From: Stegostoma tigrinum
Taxonomy: Eukaryota
DNA: 64,000 nucleotides
Assembly (NCBI RefSeq): GCF_030684315.1
Contig: NC_081364.1
Location: 27,772,989 to 27,836,988, forward strand
Direction: 5' to 3'
Position 1 is the first letter of the stretch. Each line of letters begins with the position of its first letter. The notes under the pieces were generated by a model, which saw only the letters and a list, made by a program, of their open reading frames with translations, did not search any database and had not been told where the DNA came from. A program made the translations under genes and the position numbers. Positions 54,201 to 64,000 of the stretch are shown here, in pieces.

Positions 54201-54486
54201 ACAGAGTCAAGGTGTTTTGGATAGTGGGGTTTCTGTACCCACCAACAGAAGGCTCAGTGGGGAACTCAACTTTATCAGTGCTGTCTTCCCTGCAGTCATT
54301 TAACTTTCAAGGAATATCAAATAGTTGCAGTCAACAATTAGCAGGGGAGGGAACTTCTGCTTCTGATTCAGGAGGGTATTTAACCTTAGCAACCTGCCAG
54401 CCAGCTCAATGACTGACAGCTCCAAAGCACCAGCAGCACTACTAGAGTGTGGCTCTTGCTAGAACTACAGGCAGCCCCATATATCA

Positions 54487-55427
54487 AAGATAGCAAGGTG
54501 TAGAGCTGGATGAACACAGCAGGCCAAGCAGCATCAAAGGAGCAGGAAGGCTGACGTTTTAGGCCTAGACCCTTCTTCAGAAATGGGGAGGGGAAGAGGG
54601 TTCTGAAATAAATTGGTAAAGAGGGAGAAGTGGATAGAAGATGGATAGAGGAGAAGATAGATGGAGAGGACACAGACAGGCCAAAAAAGGCAGGGATGGA
54701 GCCAGTAGAGGTGAGTGTAGGTGGGGAGATAGGGAGTAGATAGGCCAGTCTAGGGAGGATGGACAGGTCAAGGGGGCGGGATGAGGTTAGTAGGTAGGAT
54801 ATGGAGGTGGGGCTTGAGGTGGGATGAGGGAATAGGTGGGAGAAAGGACAGATTAGGGAGGCAGGGATAAGCTGGGCTGGTTTAGGGATGTGGTAGGGGT
54901 AGGGGAGATTTTGAAGCTTGTGAAGTCCACATTTATACCATTGGGCTGCGGGTTTCCCAAATGGAATACGAGTTGCTGCTCCTGCAACCTTCAGGTAGCA
55001 TTGTTGTGGCACTGCAGGAGGCCCAGAATGGACATGTCGTCGGAGGAACGGGAGGGTGAGTTGAAATGGTTTGCGACTGGAAGGCGCAGTTGATTAGTGC
55101 GAACCAAGCGTAGGCGTTCTGCAAAACGGTCCCCAAGCCTTCACTTGGTTTCCCTGATGTAGAGGAGGCCACAATGGGAACAGCGGATGCAATATACCAC
55201 ATTAGCAGATGTGCAGGTGAACATCTGCTTGATGTGGTAAGTCTTCTTGGGGCCTGAGATGGGGGTGAGGGAGGAGGTGTAGGGGCAGGGGTAGCACTTG
55301 CTGCAGGTGCAGGGAAAAGTGCCGGGTTTGGTAGGGCTAGAGGGGAGTGTGGAGCGGAAAAGGGAGTAACAGAGAGAGCGGTCCCTCCAGAAAGCAGAAA
55401 AAAGGTGGGGAGGGAAAAATGTCTTTG
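54487..55427 (-). mobile_element. Penelope-like element 3' part (GIY-YIG remnant plus UTR)
   Basis: Colinear with 60619-61647. Hammerhead GAAA box is mutated to AAAA. Confidence 0.87.
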
Positions 55428-55860
55428 GCGCCCACTACCACAACTCATTCTGCCTGGAGAGGACAGTAAAATTCAGCCCCTGAAAGATCTTATTGCTTCA
55501 TGACCCAAATAAATAAGAACAGATTTAATTATATTTGCATGCAAACACTATTTCTTGTGCATCAAGATATTAGAGCACAAAAAGCAATTTCTAGCAAGTT
55601 TCTGTTAATATTTTAGCTCTCTAAAATACTGAACAGATCATGCAAAAGAAAATGTTCTTCACATGTATTGCGTGACCTGCTGGATATTTCCAGTTCTTTC
55701 TGTTAAGAATACAGAACATCTGCTTAACTTTAAACTATGTTGCACAAAGGAACTGAATATATTTCAACTGTTACATTTTCATCAGAATTTGCATTACTTT
55801 ATTTACAAAGTGCCGAGTGATAGATGAATTAACTTTCACAATACAGGAAATAAAACTCAC

Positions 55861-56115
55861 CTTTCCCCCTTTCTTTGGCACTTCAGTTTTAATTAAAGCC
55901 TCCTTTGTGTGTGCCTCAAGAATGTCAAGGTTTGGAACTAATACTGTACTTTCTTTTTCTTTCTTCCCTTTCTTCTTTCCTCCTTCTTTGGCCCGTGAAA
56001 GTTTCTTTTTTTCTGGCTTTTCAATAGATGCTGCTGGCAGTTTGGCTGGTACAGCAGGACTTTTAGCTGCACTGATAATATCACTCACCTCACTCTCATT
56101 TGTTTTAAGTGCATT
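55861..56115 (-). CDS. PHF2: PHF2 coding exon (~exon 12): NALKTNESEV...KEGGKKKGKK...PNLDILEAHTKEALIKTEVPKKGGK
   Basis: 255 nt, cag acceptor and gtgagt donor. PHF2-specific GGKKKGKK and PNLD.LEAHTKEAL motifs. Inside ORF 55771..56250. Confidence 0.93.
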
Positions 56116-58061
56116 CTGTAAGGTAAATATTTGAAAGTGTAATCTCAAATGTAATTCACTGACAGTAATACTGACACCAAGCTGAAAAACAATTATTCTG
56201 CTCCACAACTTGCTCAGATGAGTTATTATTGAATATCTAACAGCAAACAAAGGTTTAATGTCTTATGTGGCATAAATTCTGATCACCAATAAACTATTTC
56301 CTCAAAATATCGTGTAATTTTTAGTTACGCTTTGTGAATTTCATTTTAAATTCATTTTAATGTTCTGTCATATATGGATAAAAAAAATTCAAAATGTGAA
56401 AATTTGCTTTTGTATGACCCTAATTTGAAGACAAGAATTCCAAATACCTTCTATTCAAAATATTTATTTAAGTATTAATGTAAAAAGACATTTTGTTGAA
56501 ATATTGCATCTTGGAACAATTCCAACTTTGGATTGTCAATCAGGCTCACAGTGTGGCATGCTTATGAGTACTAGAAGCTAATTATTAATATACAGGATGC
56601 TGGCTTTTGAACACAGAATGAAAATGTACACAAACTGAGTCTGTTTCAACTCAACAAAATAAATGACAGCCATTGCCAGTTCATTTCTCAGGGCAATATC
56701 TTGACCAATCAGAGTCAACCTGCCTGGTTTAAAAACTTAAACAAAGCCTAGCAGTTAACAATCAATCATTATTTAGTTCAATCTCCGTATCAAAACCTCA
56801 ACTAATCAGAGTCCATTTGCCAACCAATCAACTCTCCCCTCTCATACAGTGTAAATGTTGATTTTCCCCTTAAATTGGTATTTCGTACATATTGTCCTGT
56901 CAAGTACAAGATAAGATGCTTCCAACAAACTGTCTTTTTTCAACAATACTCAGGTTTTGTATTGTAAAAAAATTTTCTGTATTTAACTTAAATTTATTTC
57001 TGTAACATCTACTAAATTTTCATTCTAACTAAGATGAGTGCTATGTATTAAAAATACTCATCCGTAACTAAAGTATTCAGATATCATACATACAACTGGA
57101 GGGGGCTCTTGAGGTAGAGTAGTTGTGTTCCTACTTCTGAGCCAGAAGACTCAGTTTCAAGTCCAACCTGTTCCACAGCTATGTAATCTCTGAACAAATT
57201 GATTAAAAATACCTACATATAACTTGAAGTGTTTCATATAAAGCTGCAGTACCTTATAGAAAACAGTGATATTTTCACATTATTTGTCGGAATGGCATTC
57301 ATGTTTCTACCATGCAAAAATATAGAGTCCGAAAACACAGCAATATTACAGAATATTACAATATTACAATATTACTCCAGCATCGGCAGATCCTACTATC
57401 TCTGCAATATTACAGAACATATTTTTAGAATATTTACTGAGACTCCACCTACTTTTCTTTTGGCAACAGAAATATTTCATCCCTGTACAGTGTATCCCTG
57501 TAAGGATCTAGCAGTGCAAAGACGTCTAGATGTTCCAGTGATGCTGCAGAAAACATCCTCAGGAACTGATGAGTCTGAATCTTCCAGGTAATAATGTATA
57601 AAAAGAACGACATCACTGATGATCTACAATGAGGGATGCTTAATCAAATTTTCTTCTTTTTCGCCTTTTTTCAAATATTCACATTTTTAACGATTTTGCG
57701 CCAGTTATGAACTACATCTAGCAAAAAATTAAACTTAAAATATTATAAGTTTCTATGAAATACTGCAGCTTTAACCCCTCGAAGGGTATTTTATAGACAT
57801 AACTTAAAATTCATTTGACTTTGCTGGAAAAAATTATGTTTTAGTGAATTCCATTCATTTTCATTAAACAATTTCACACAAAATATTTACTTTTTAAAGT
57901 AAGAAACTTATTAAAACTACACTTACTGAGCAAAGAAAAATCTTAGTACAAAAAGTAACTAAAAAAAGAACATTAGGAAGTTTCTATCATTAATTAGTAT
58001 CTTTAGTCTTTACCGCATATAAGAAATAAAATATTGCAGCCGATTACAGGAAAAAACCTAC

Positions 58062-58151
58062 CTCTGCTATTCGTATCTCTTTGGCAAATTCTTTAATGAG
58101 TTGTGCTGTTTTAATAGTTTCTGGAATCTCATCTTCATGATCAGTTATAAC
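58062..58151 (-). CDS. PHF2: PHF2 coding exon (~exon 11): VITDHEDEIPETIKTAQLIKEFAKEIRIAE
   Basis: 90 nt, AG/GT boundaries, phase 0-0. KDM7-family helix HEDE.PE...QLIK..AKEIR..E. Confidence 0.93.
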
Positions 58152-58510
58152 CTTAAATAAAAATATTATGAAATAGGTCAATAATTGATAAATATTAATT
58201 GTAGCTAATGGAGAGGACTGGCAAAAGTCCTGCTGACCTGGAAGTGTCATCATTCACTGATCATGTTCATATCCTTCAAAATGCCTGAATCCAAATGATT
58301 CAGAATGTGCGAAGTTATTTTGTGCTTTTGTGGTTTCTGTCAGAAAGCAATTTCCAAACTGACATTTGTAGGAAAAAGCAAGGATATAGACTTGAAAGAG
58401 AAAATTTGAAGCTCTAAACTGCTCTTTTAACTGCCCAAAGTCAAAATGCATCTGCAACTGTTTTCAGGGCCAGAATTTATGGTGTGCAGGCAGTGTCAAG
58501 GCACTGAAAC

Positions 58511-58717
58511 AAAAACAGAAGTTGCTGGAAAAGCTCAGTAGATCTGGCAGCATTTGTGAGGAAAGCGTCAGAGTTAATGTTTTAGGTCCGGTGAACCTTC
58601 CTCAGAACAGCGCTCTGATTTTTCTTCATGGATGCTGCCAGATCTGCTGAGCTTTTCCAGCAACCTCTGTCTTTGTTCCTGATTTACAGCATCCACAGTT
58701 CTTTTGGTTCTTATTTC
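58511..58717. mobile_element. Penelope-derived fold-back insertion (same family as 2056-2270)
   Basis: Inverted arms. TSD caaggcactgaaac / caaagtactgaaac. Confidence 0.8.
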
Positions 58718-58824
58718 CAAAGTACTGAAACTTGGTTTTTAGGCTTTATCTAAACAGTTCATGTCATCTTCTGTCTCTTGCCATGCTTCAAAAAGTCACT
58801 TCAATAAGTCAGATGTTTTGAACA

Positions 58825-59432
58825 AATGAATAAACAACAAAAAGGCACAGCACAAGGATGGGCCCTTCGACCCTCAAAGCCTGTGCCGACCACCATGCCC
58901 CAATTAATGTAAAAACAAATGTGCTATTTTTCAATCTGTATCCCGCTCTTCCCTCCCTATTGATGTACCCATCAAGGTGCCTCTTAAATGTTGTCAATGT
59001 GCCTGCTCCCACCATCTCCTCTGATTGTGCATTCCAGGTTGCTACCACTCTCTGCATGAAAAACTTCCCTCGCACACTTCCCTTAAACTTTACCCCTCTG
59101 ATCTTGAACCTGTGCTCCCTTGTAACTGAAACTTCAACCCTGGGAAAAAGCCCGAGTATCCATCCTATCTATGCCTCTCACATTTTTGTCGACCTCTGGT
59201 CTCCTGTCAGCCACCTTCTTTCCAGTGAAAACAATCCCAGTCTTTTTAACCTTTCCTCATAGTCAATGCCCTGGAGACCAGGCAACATCCTGGGTGAACG
59301 TTCTCTATTCTGTCCAAAGCTTCCACATCCTTCTTGTAGTGTGGTGACCAAAACTGCACACAATACTCCAAATACGGCCTAACAGGGTTTTATACAGCTG
59401 CAACATGTTTTGCCAATTCTTATACTCTATGC
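58825..59432 (-). mobile_element. CR1 LINE 3' end
   Basis: YEERLKRLGLFSLERR and RGKFFMQRVVATWNA motifs. Confidence 0.88.
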
Positions 59433-59789
59433 TCCGGGCGTGTTTGAATCTTTGGCTAGCACCAGGACTCAGGTAAGTCCCAGTTGGAAAGACAGCAAGG
59501 TAAGGCTAGATGGTTATACCTGGTGGCTTCTCAAGGATCATCTCCTTGCTCAACATTAAAAATAATTATAAATTTCACTTAACCTTTTGGAGATCGTAGG
59601 TCACATAGCTGCTTGGGCAGTCTAATTTCTGCGGCAATCTAAAAACATGCAGCATGTTCCTAAGAAGTATTGGTCAACAGGCTTAACATCTATGTCATTT
59701 TGCTCTCCGAATGCCTGGAATCCACACAGACCATACGAGCAGAATACAAAACCACAAAATTGGTTAATTTAGTCTGTATTCTACAACTA

Positions 59790-59936
<147 letters not shown>

Positions 59937-60034
59937 TCAAGGAACGAATAAGGTAATATTAAAATCATTTACAAATACAGCATTAGACAAATGTTATTGG
60001 GTTGGGTAAAAATGCTTGACTTGATTCACATTAC

Positions 60035-60141
60035 CTTTGAATGTCTCAAGCAGATATTTGCCAACATACCAACATATGACTTCAAAGTTTGAAAATTTGA
60101 TAAGACTACAAATTTTCAATCGTTTTTCCACTTCATAGGCT
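60035..60141 (-). CDS. PHF2: PHF2 coding exon (~human exon 9), end of JmjC region: (R)[35 protein letters not shown](G)
   Basis: 107 nt, cag acceptor and gtaatg donor. Matches recalled PHF2 [37 protein letters not shown]. Lies inside ORF 59994..60206. Confidence 0.95.
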
Positions 60142-60618
60142 CTGTAAAATACAAAATGATACTTAAATATATGATCAGTGTGATCGAGATTTATATTACG
60201 GCCCAATTTTTGGGGTTAATCATAGCTGAGGTCAGTGCTCAATTAGGTAGAAATTTCTGGAGTTCTTCATGATTACAGTTACATACAGAAATACGGGCAT
60301 CGCTCTTTGATTACCTGCCAAATGTTGCACTACATTAGAAACTTGCAAAGAGACTTGGCATTGAAGTTCACGTATGAGCAGTAAGCTCTTGGACCCATCC
60401 ACCAGTTACTTTTTAAACACACCAAAACAAGTTAGGTCTAGTGTATTAAGGCACAGTGAATTCTTTATTCTTCAGTAAATCTTAATTACTGCCAAACAAT
60501 CTCTCTGGCAATGGAAATTCAATTTCCTATGGGTGAAGTTAATTATTATTAGATATATTTTAAATTATGTTTGTCTCTGTGCCAATTATATCTCCAACAC
60601 ATCCTTCTTTGCATCTAT

Positions 60619-61647
60619 GAGCGATAATGGGAACTGCAGATGCTGTAGAATCCAAGATAACAAAGTGTGGAGCTGGATGAACATAGCAGGCCCAGCAGCA
60701 TCTCAGGAGCACAAAAGCTGATGTTTCGGGCCTGGACCCTTCATCAGAGAGGGGGATGGGGAGAGGGAACTGGAATAAATAGGGAGAGAGGGGGAGGCCG
60801 ACCGAAGATGGAGAGAAAAGAAGATAGGTAGAGAGGAGAGTATAGGTGAGGAGGTAGGGAGGGGATAGGTCAGTCCAGGGAAGACGGACAGGTCGAGGAG
60901 GTGGGATGAGGTTAGTAAGTAGGAAATGGAAGTGCGGCTTGAGGTGGGAGGAAGGGATGGGTGAGAGGAAGAACAGGTTCGGGAAGCGGAGACAGGCTGG
61001 GCTGGTTTTGGGATGCAGTGGGGGGAGGGGATGAGCTGGGCTGGTTTTGTGTGATACAGTGGGGGGAGGGGAAGAAGTGGGCTGGTTTTGGGATGCAGTG
61101 GGGGAAGGGAAGGTTTTGAAGCTTGTGAAGTCCACATTGATACCATTGGGCTGCAGGGTTCCTAAGCGGAATATGAGTTGCTGTTTTTGCAACCTTCGGG
61201 TGGCATCATTGTGGCACTGCAGGAGGCCCATAATGGACATGTCATCAAGAGAATGGGAGGGGGAGGTAAAATGGTTCGTGACTGAGAGGTGCAGTTGTTT
61301 GTTGCGAACCGAGCGGAGGTGTTCTGCAAAGCAGTCCCCAAGCCTCCGCTTGGTTTCCCCAATGTAGAGGAGGCCACGCCGGGTACAATGGACACAGTAT
61401 ACCACATTGGCAGATGTGCAGGTGAACATCTGCTTGATATGGAAAATCATCTTGGGGCCTGGGATAGGGGTGAGGGAGGAGGTGTGGGGGCAAGCGTAGC
61501 ACTTCGTGCGGTTGCAGGGGAAGGTGCTGGGTGTGGTGGGGTAGGAGGGGAGTGTGGAACGGACAAGTGAGTCGCGGAGAGAGTAGTCTCTCCGGAAGGC
61601 AGACAAGGGTAGGGATGGAAAAATGGCTTGGGTGGTGGGGTTGGATT
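60619..61647 (-). mobile_element. Young Penelope-like element 3' part with open GIY-YIG endonuclease frame
   Basis: ORF 60560..61606 contains CNRTKCYAC...NVVYCVHC..RGLLYIGETKRRLGDCFAEHL...QPNGINVDF. Hammerhead motif at 60717-60750. Confidence 0.92.
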
Positions 61648-61919
61648 GCCGTACCCTTAGTTTATGCGTTACATTACACTCGTCTTGAACTTCATCCGGT
61701 ACCTATCTGCCCACTCTACTAACTTCTCTATATTCCTTTGAAGTTTACAATGCTTCCAAGCTTCGTACCATTTGTAAATTTTGAAACTTTTGCCTGTATT
61801 CCAAGATCTAGATATAACAGCAAAACCATAGGAACTCCAGCACAAACCTTCTTACAGCCTGAAAAAAAAATGTACTGACCATGTTTCTTATTTTGTATCC
61901 ATGTTGCTGCTGTCCCTTT

Positions 61920-63120
61920 TGAAATAACTCCACAGAGGCCAGTATCGTGTCACCAAGCTGTCCTTTATTCACACGTGAACAGTCCTTGACTTTAGTGATA
62001 CCCTATTCAGAGTCAACTATCAGTCTGGCAGTGTCTCTGACACCCCGTCTTTATCTGTCAGCCAGGGTTGCCTGATTGGGCCTGTTAATCTCGTCCAATC
62101 AGGGAACTCATATTCTAGCTGACGTTGTAACAATCACTACAGCCCTGCCCCTCTGAGTCTGAGGAAATAGGCCAATCCTTTACTCAGAGCTTCTTGGTGC
62201 ATTTTGGCACTGGGTCAGGTTCCTCTGACTCAACTCCCGATATGGTGGCATGTAATGCACAGGAGCTCGCCTCTTGCAGCAGGTGTACCTCAGTAGAATT
62301 CACTCCCTTCTTCCGGTGACAAAGGCATCGAGGTGGCTACATCTCACATCCATCTCCGATTCTGAGGAGTTATCAACGCTTTATGGAAAGGATGAACCCT
62401 CAGGTTCTGGTAGCATTTCTGAGGGGCAGGGTATATTGTGCTCCCACACCATTTGTGAATTCACAGCTTTTATATGGTCGATGTACTTGTTCAGGACTGT
62501 CACACCTACCCAAACTTTATATATCATTGGTCCTGACCTCGCATTGACCATAGCTCTTACCAAAATAGGGCCATTTCCATGATTTTTACACCAAACTTCG
62601 TTCCCTTTTCAAACTATGTCTCTTGCTTGGTAGTGTCTTGTTCCCAGCAATGGCATTCTTGGTGCAGTTTCACCCTCCCACCCAGGTTCACGAAGATCAG
62701 ATTTAACCTGGTCCAGAGTCCTCTCCCCATTAGTAATCTGCTGGAGATATCCCTGTAATTGCATGTGGGATGATCCTATAATCAAACAAGAACCTTGACA
62801 ACTTGGTACCTAGTGAGGCTGTAAGCTGTGTCTTCAAGCCAGCTTCAAAGTTTAGATTGGTCTTTCTGCCAAGCCATTGGATGATAGGTGGCATGGAACT
62901 GTACTTATATATCTAACCTCATTCAACTTTAGGAAATAACTAAAATCCTAGCTGGTAAACGATGATTATCTGTAACAAATACTTTCAGGATTCTGTACAC
63001 TGAAAAAGATGCACGCAGTTTTTCTACCACGTCCTCATGTTTGACAAATGGACCATATGCACGTGCAACCATTTTTAATGGATATCTACAATACCAAGAA
63101 CATTGAATCAATGAATGAAA
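61920..63120 (-). mobile_element. Gypsy-type LTR retrotransposon 3' fragment (integrase, PPT, 3' LTR)
   Basis: Integrase remnants GPF, VFVTDN, HLSSNGLAER and GPMIYKV...YIDHIK. Polypurine tract at 62142-62154. TG...CA LTR at 61920-62141 with AATAAA. Confidence 0.85.
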
Positions 63121-64000
63121 CACAGAAACATATTAAATAGGGGCAGAAGTAGGTTGTTCGGCCCTTTGAGCCTGCACCACCATTCAATACGATCACGGCA
63201 GATCATGCAATCTTAGTATCCGATTCCTGCCCTGTCCCCATTCCCCTTGATCTCTATAGCCTCACGGGCCTCTTCCAGCTGCCTCCTGAATATACCTATT
63301 GGACTGGTCCCAACAGCTTTCAGTGGGAGAGAATTTCACGGGTATACAACTCTGAGTGAAGAAATTTTTCCTCATCTTAACCCTGAATGGCTTACCCCTT
63401 ATTCTTAGGCTGTGACCCCTTGTTCTGGACTTCCCCAACATTGCAAACATTCTTCCCGCATAAGGATTTTATATGTTTCAATGAGATCTCCCCTCAATCA
63501 ACTAAATTCCAGCGAATACAAGCTCAATCAATCTAGTTTTTCCTCACATGTTAGTCCTGCCATCCTGAGAATCAGTCTGGTGAACCTTTGCTGGACTCTC
63601 GCAATAGCAAGAATGTCATTCCACAAAACAGCAGACCAAAACTGCACACAATACTCAAGGTGTGGCCTCAACAAGGCCCTATATTACTGCAGCAAGATAT
63701 TCTTATGCCGATACTCAAATTCTCTCGCTACGAAGGACAGCATGTTATTAGCTTGCCTCATTGGCTGCTGCATCTGCATGCCAACCTTCAAAAACTGTTC
63801 CACCATGACGCCCAGGTCTCTTGCACCTCACCTTTTCCTAAGCTGCCACCATTCAGATAATAATCTGCCTTCCTGTTTTTGTGACCAAAGTGGATAACCT
63901 CACATTTATCCACATTGTATTGCATTTGTAAAGTATTTGCCCAATCAGCCAGCCAGTTCAGTCACTCTACAGCTTTTTAGCATTCTCCTCACAGAATACA
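63121..64000 (-). mobile_element. CR1 LINE 3' part, running off the window and abutting the Gypsy fragment
   Basis: SRTRGHSLRIRGKPF..MRKNFFTQ. Homologous to 47576-48400. Confidence 0.88.

Noticed and set aside
57229-57720. 120-aa plus-strand ORF and CpG-richer block between exons ~11 and ~12 as an extra exon or gene
   Set aside because: No recognisable homology. The minus-strand frames contain stops, part of it is an aatattac microrepeat, and PHF2 phases already close without it.

Overview
Eukaryotic, AT-rich, repeat-dense vertebrate DNA. The repeats (HE1/V-SINE, Deu-type SINE, CR1/L2 LINEs, Penelope-like elements) point to a cartilaginous fish, probably a carpet shark (inference). The window holds the 3' two-thirds of a PHF2 gene (KDM7/JmjC family) on the minus strand. 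I traced 14 phase-compatible GT-AG coding exons by hand from 60141 to the stop at 14646, probably equivalent to human exons 9-22. The PHD and JmjC core lie beyond the right edge. About 11 kb of downstream intergenic DNA follows the 3'UTR. Main finding: the penultimate exon appears shortened by an internal splice donor. Its ancestral 3' half is still readable as a frameshifted, CR1-interrupted fossil, and it has lost the DHEY (HCF-1-type) motif and the RRPS PKA site. Second finding: many ORF-less, 150-220 bp fold-back insertions derived from Penelope, with 12-15 bp target-site duplications, most turning at a minimal hammerhead-ribozyme motif. All human and family comparisons are from memory; no search was run.
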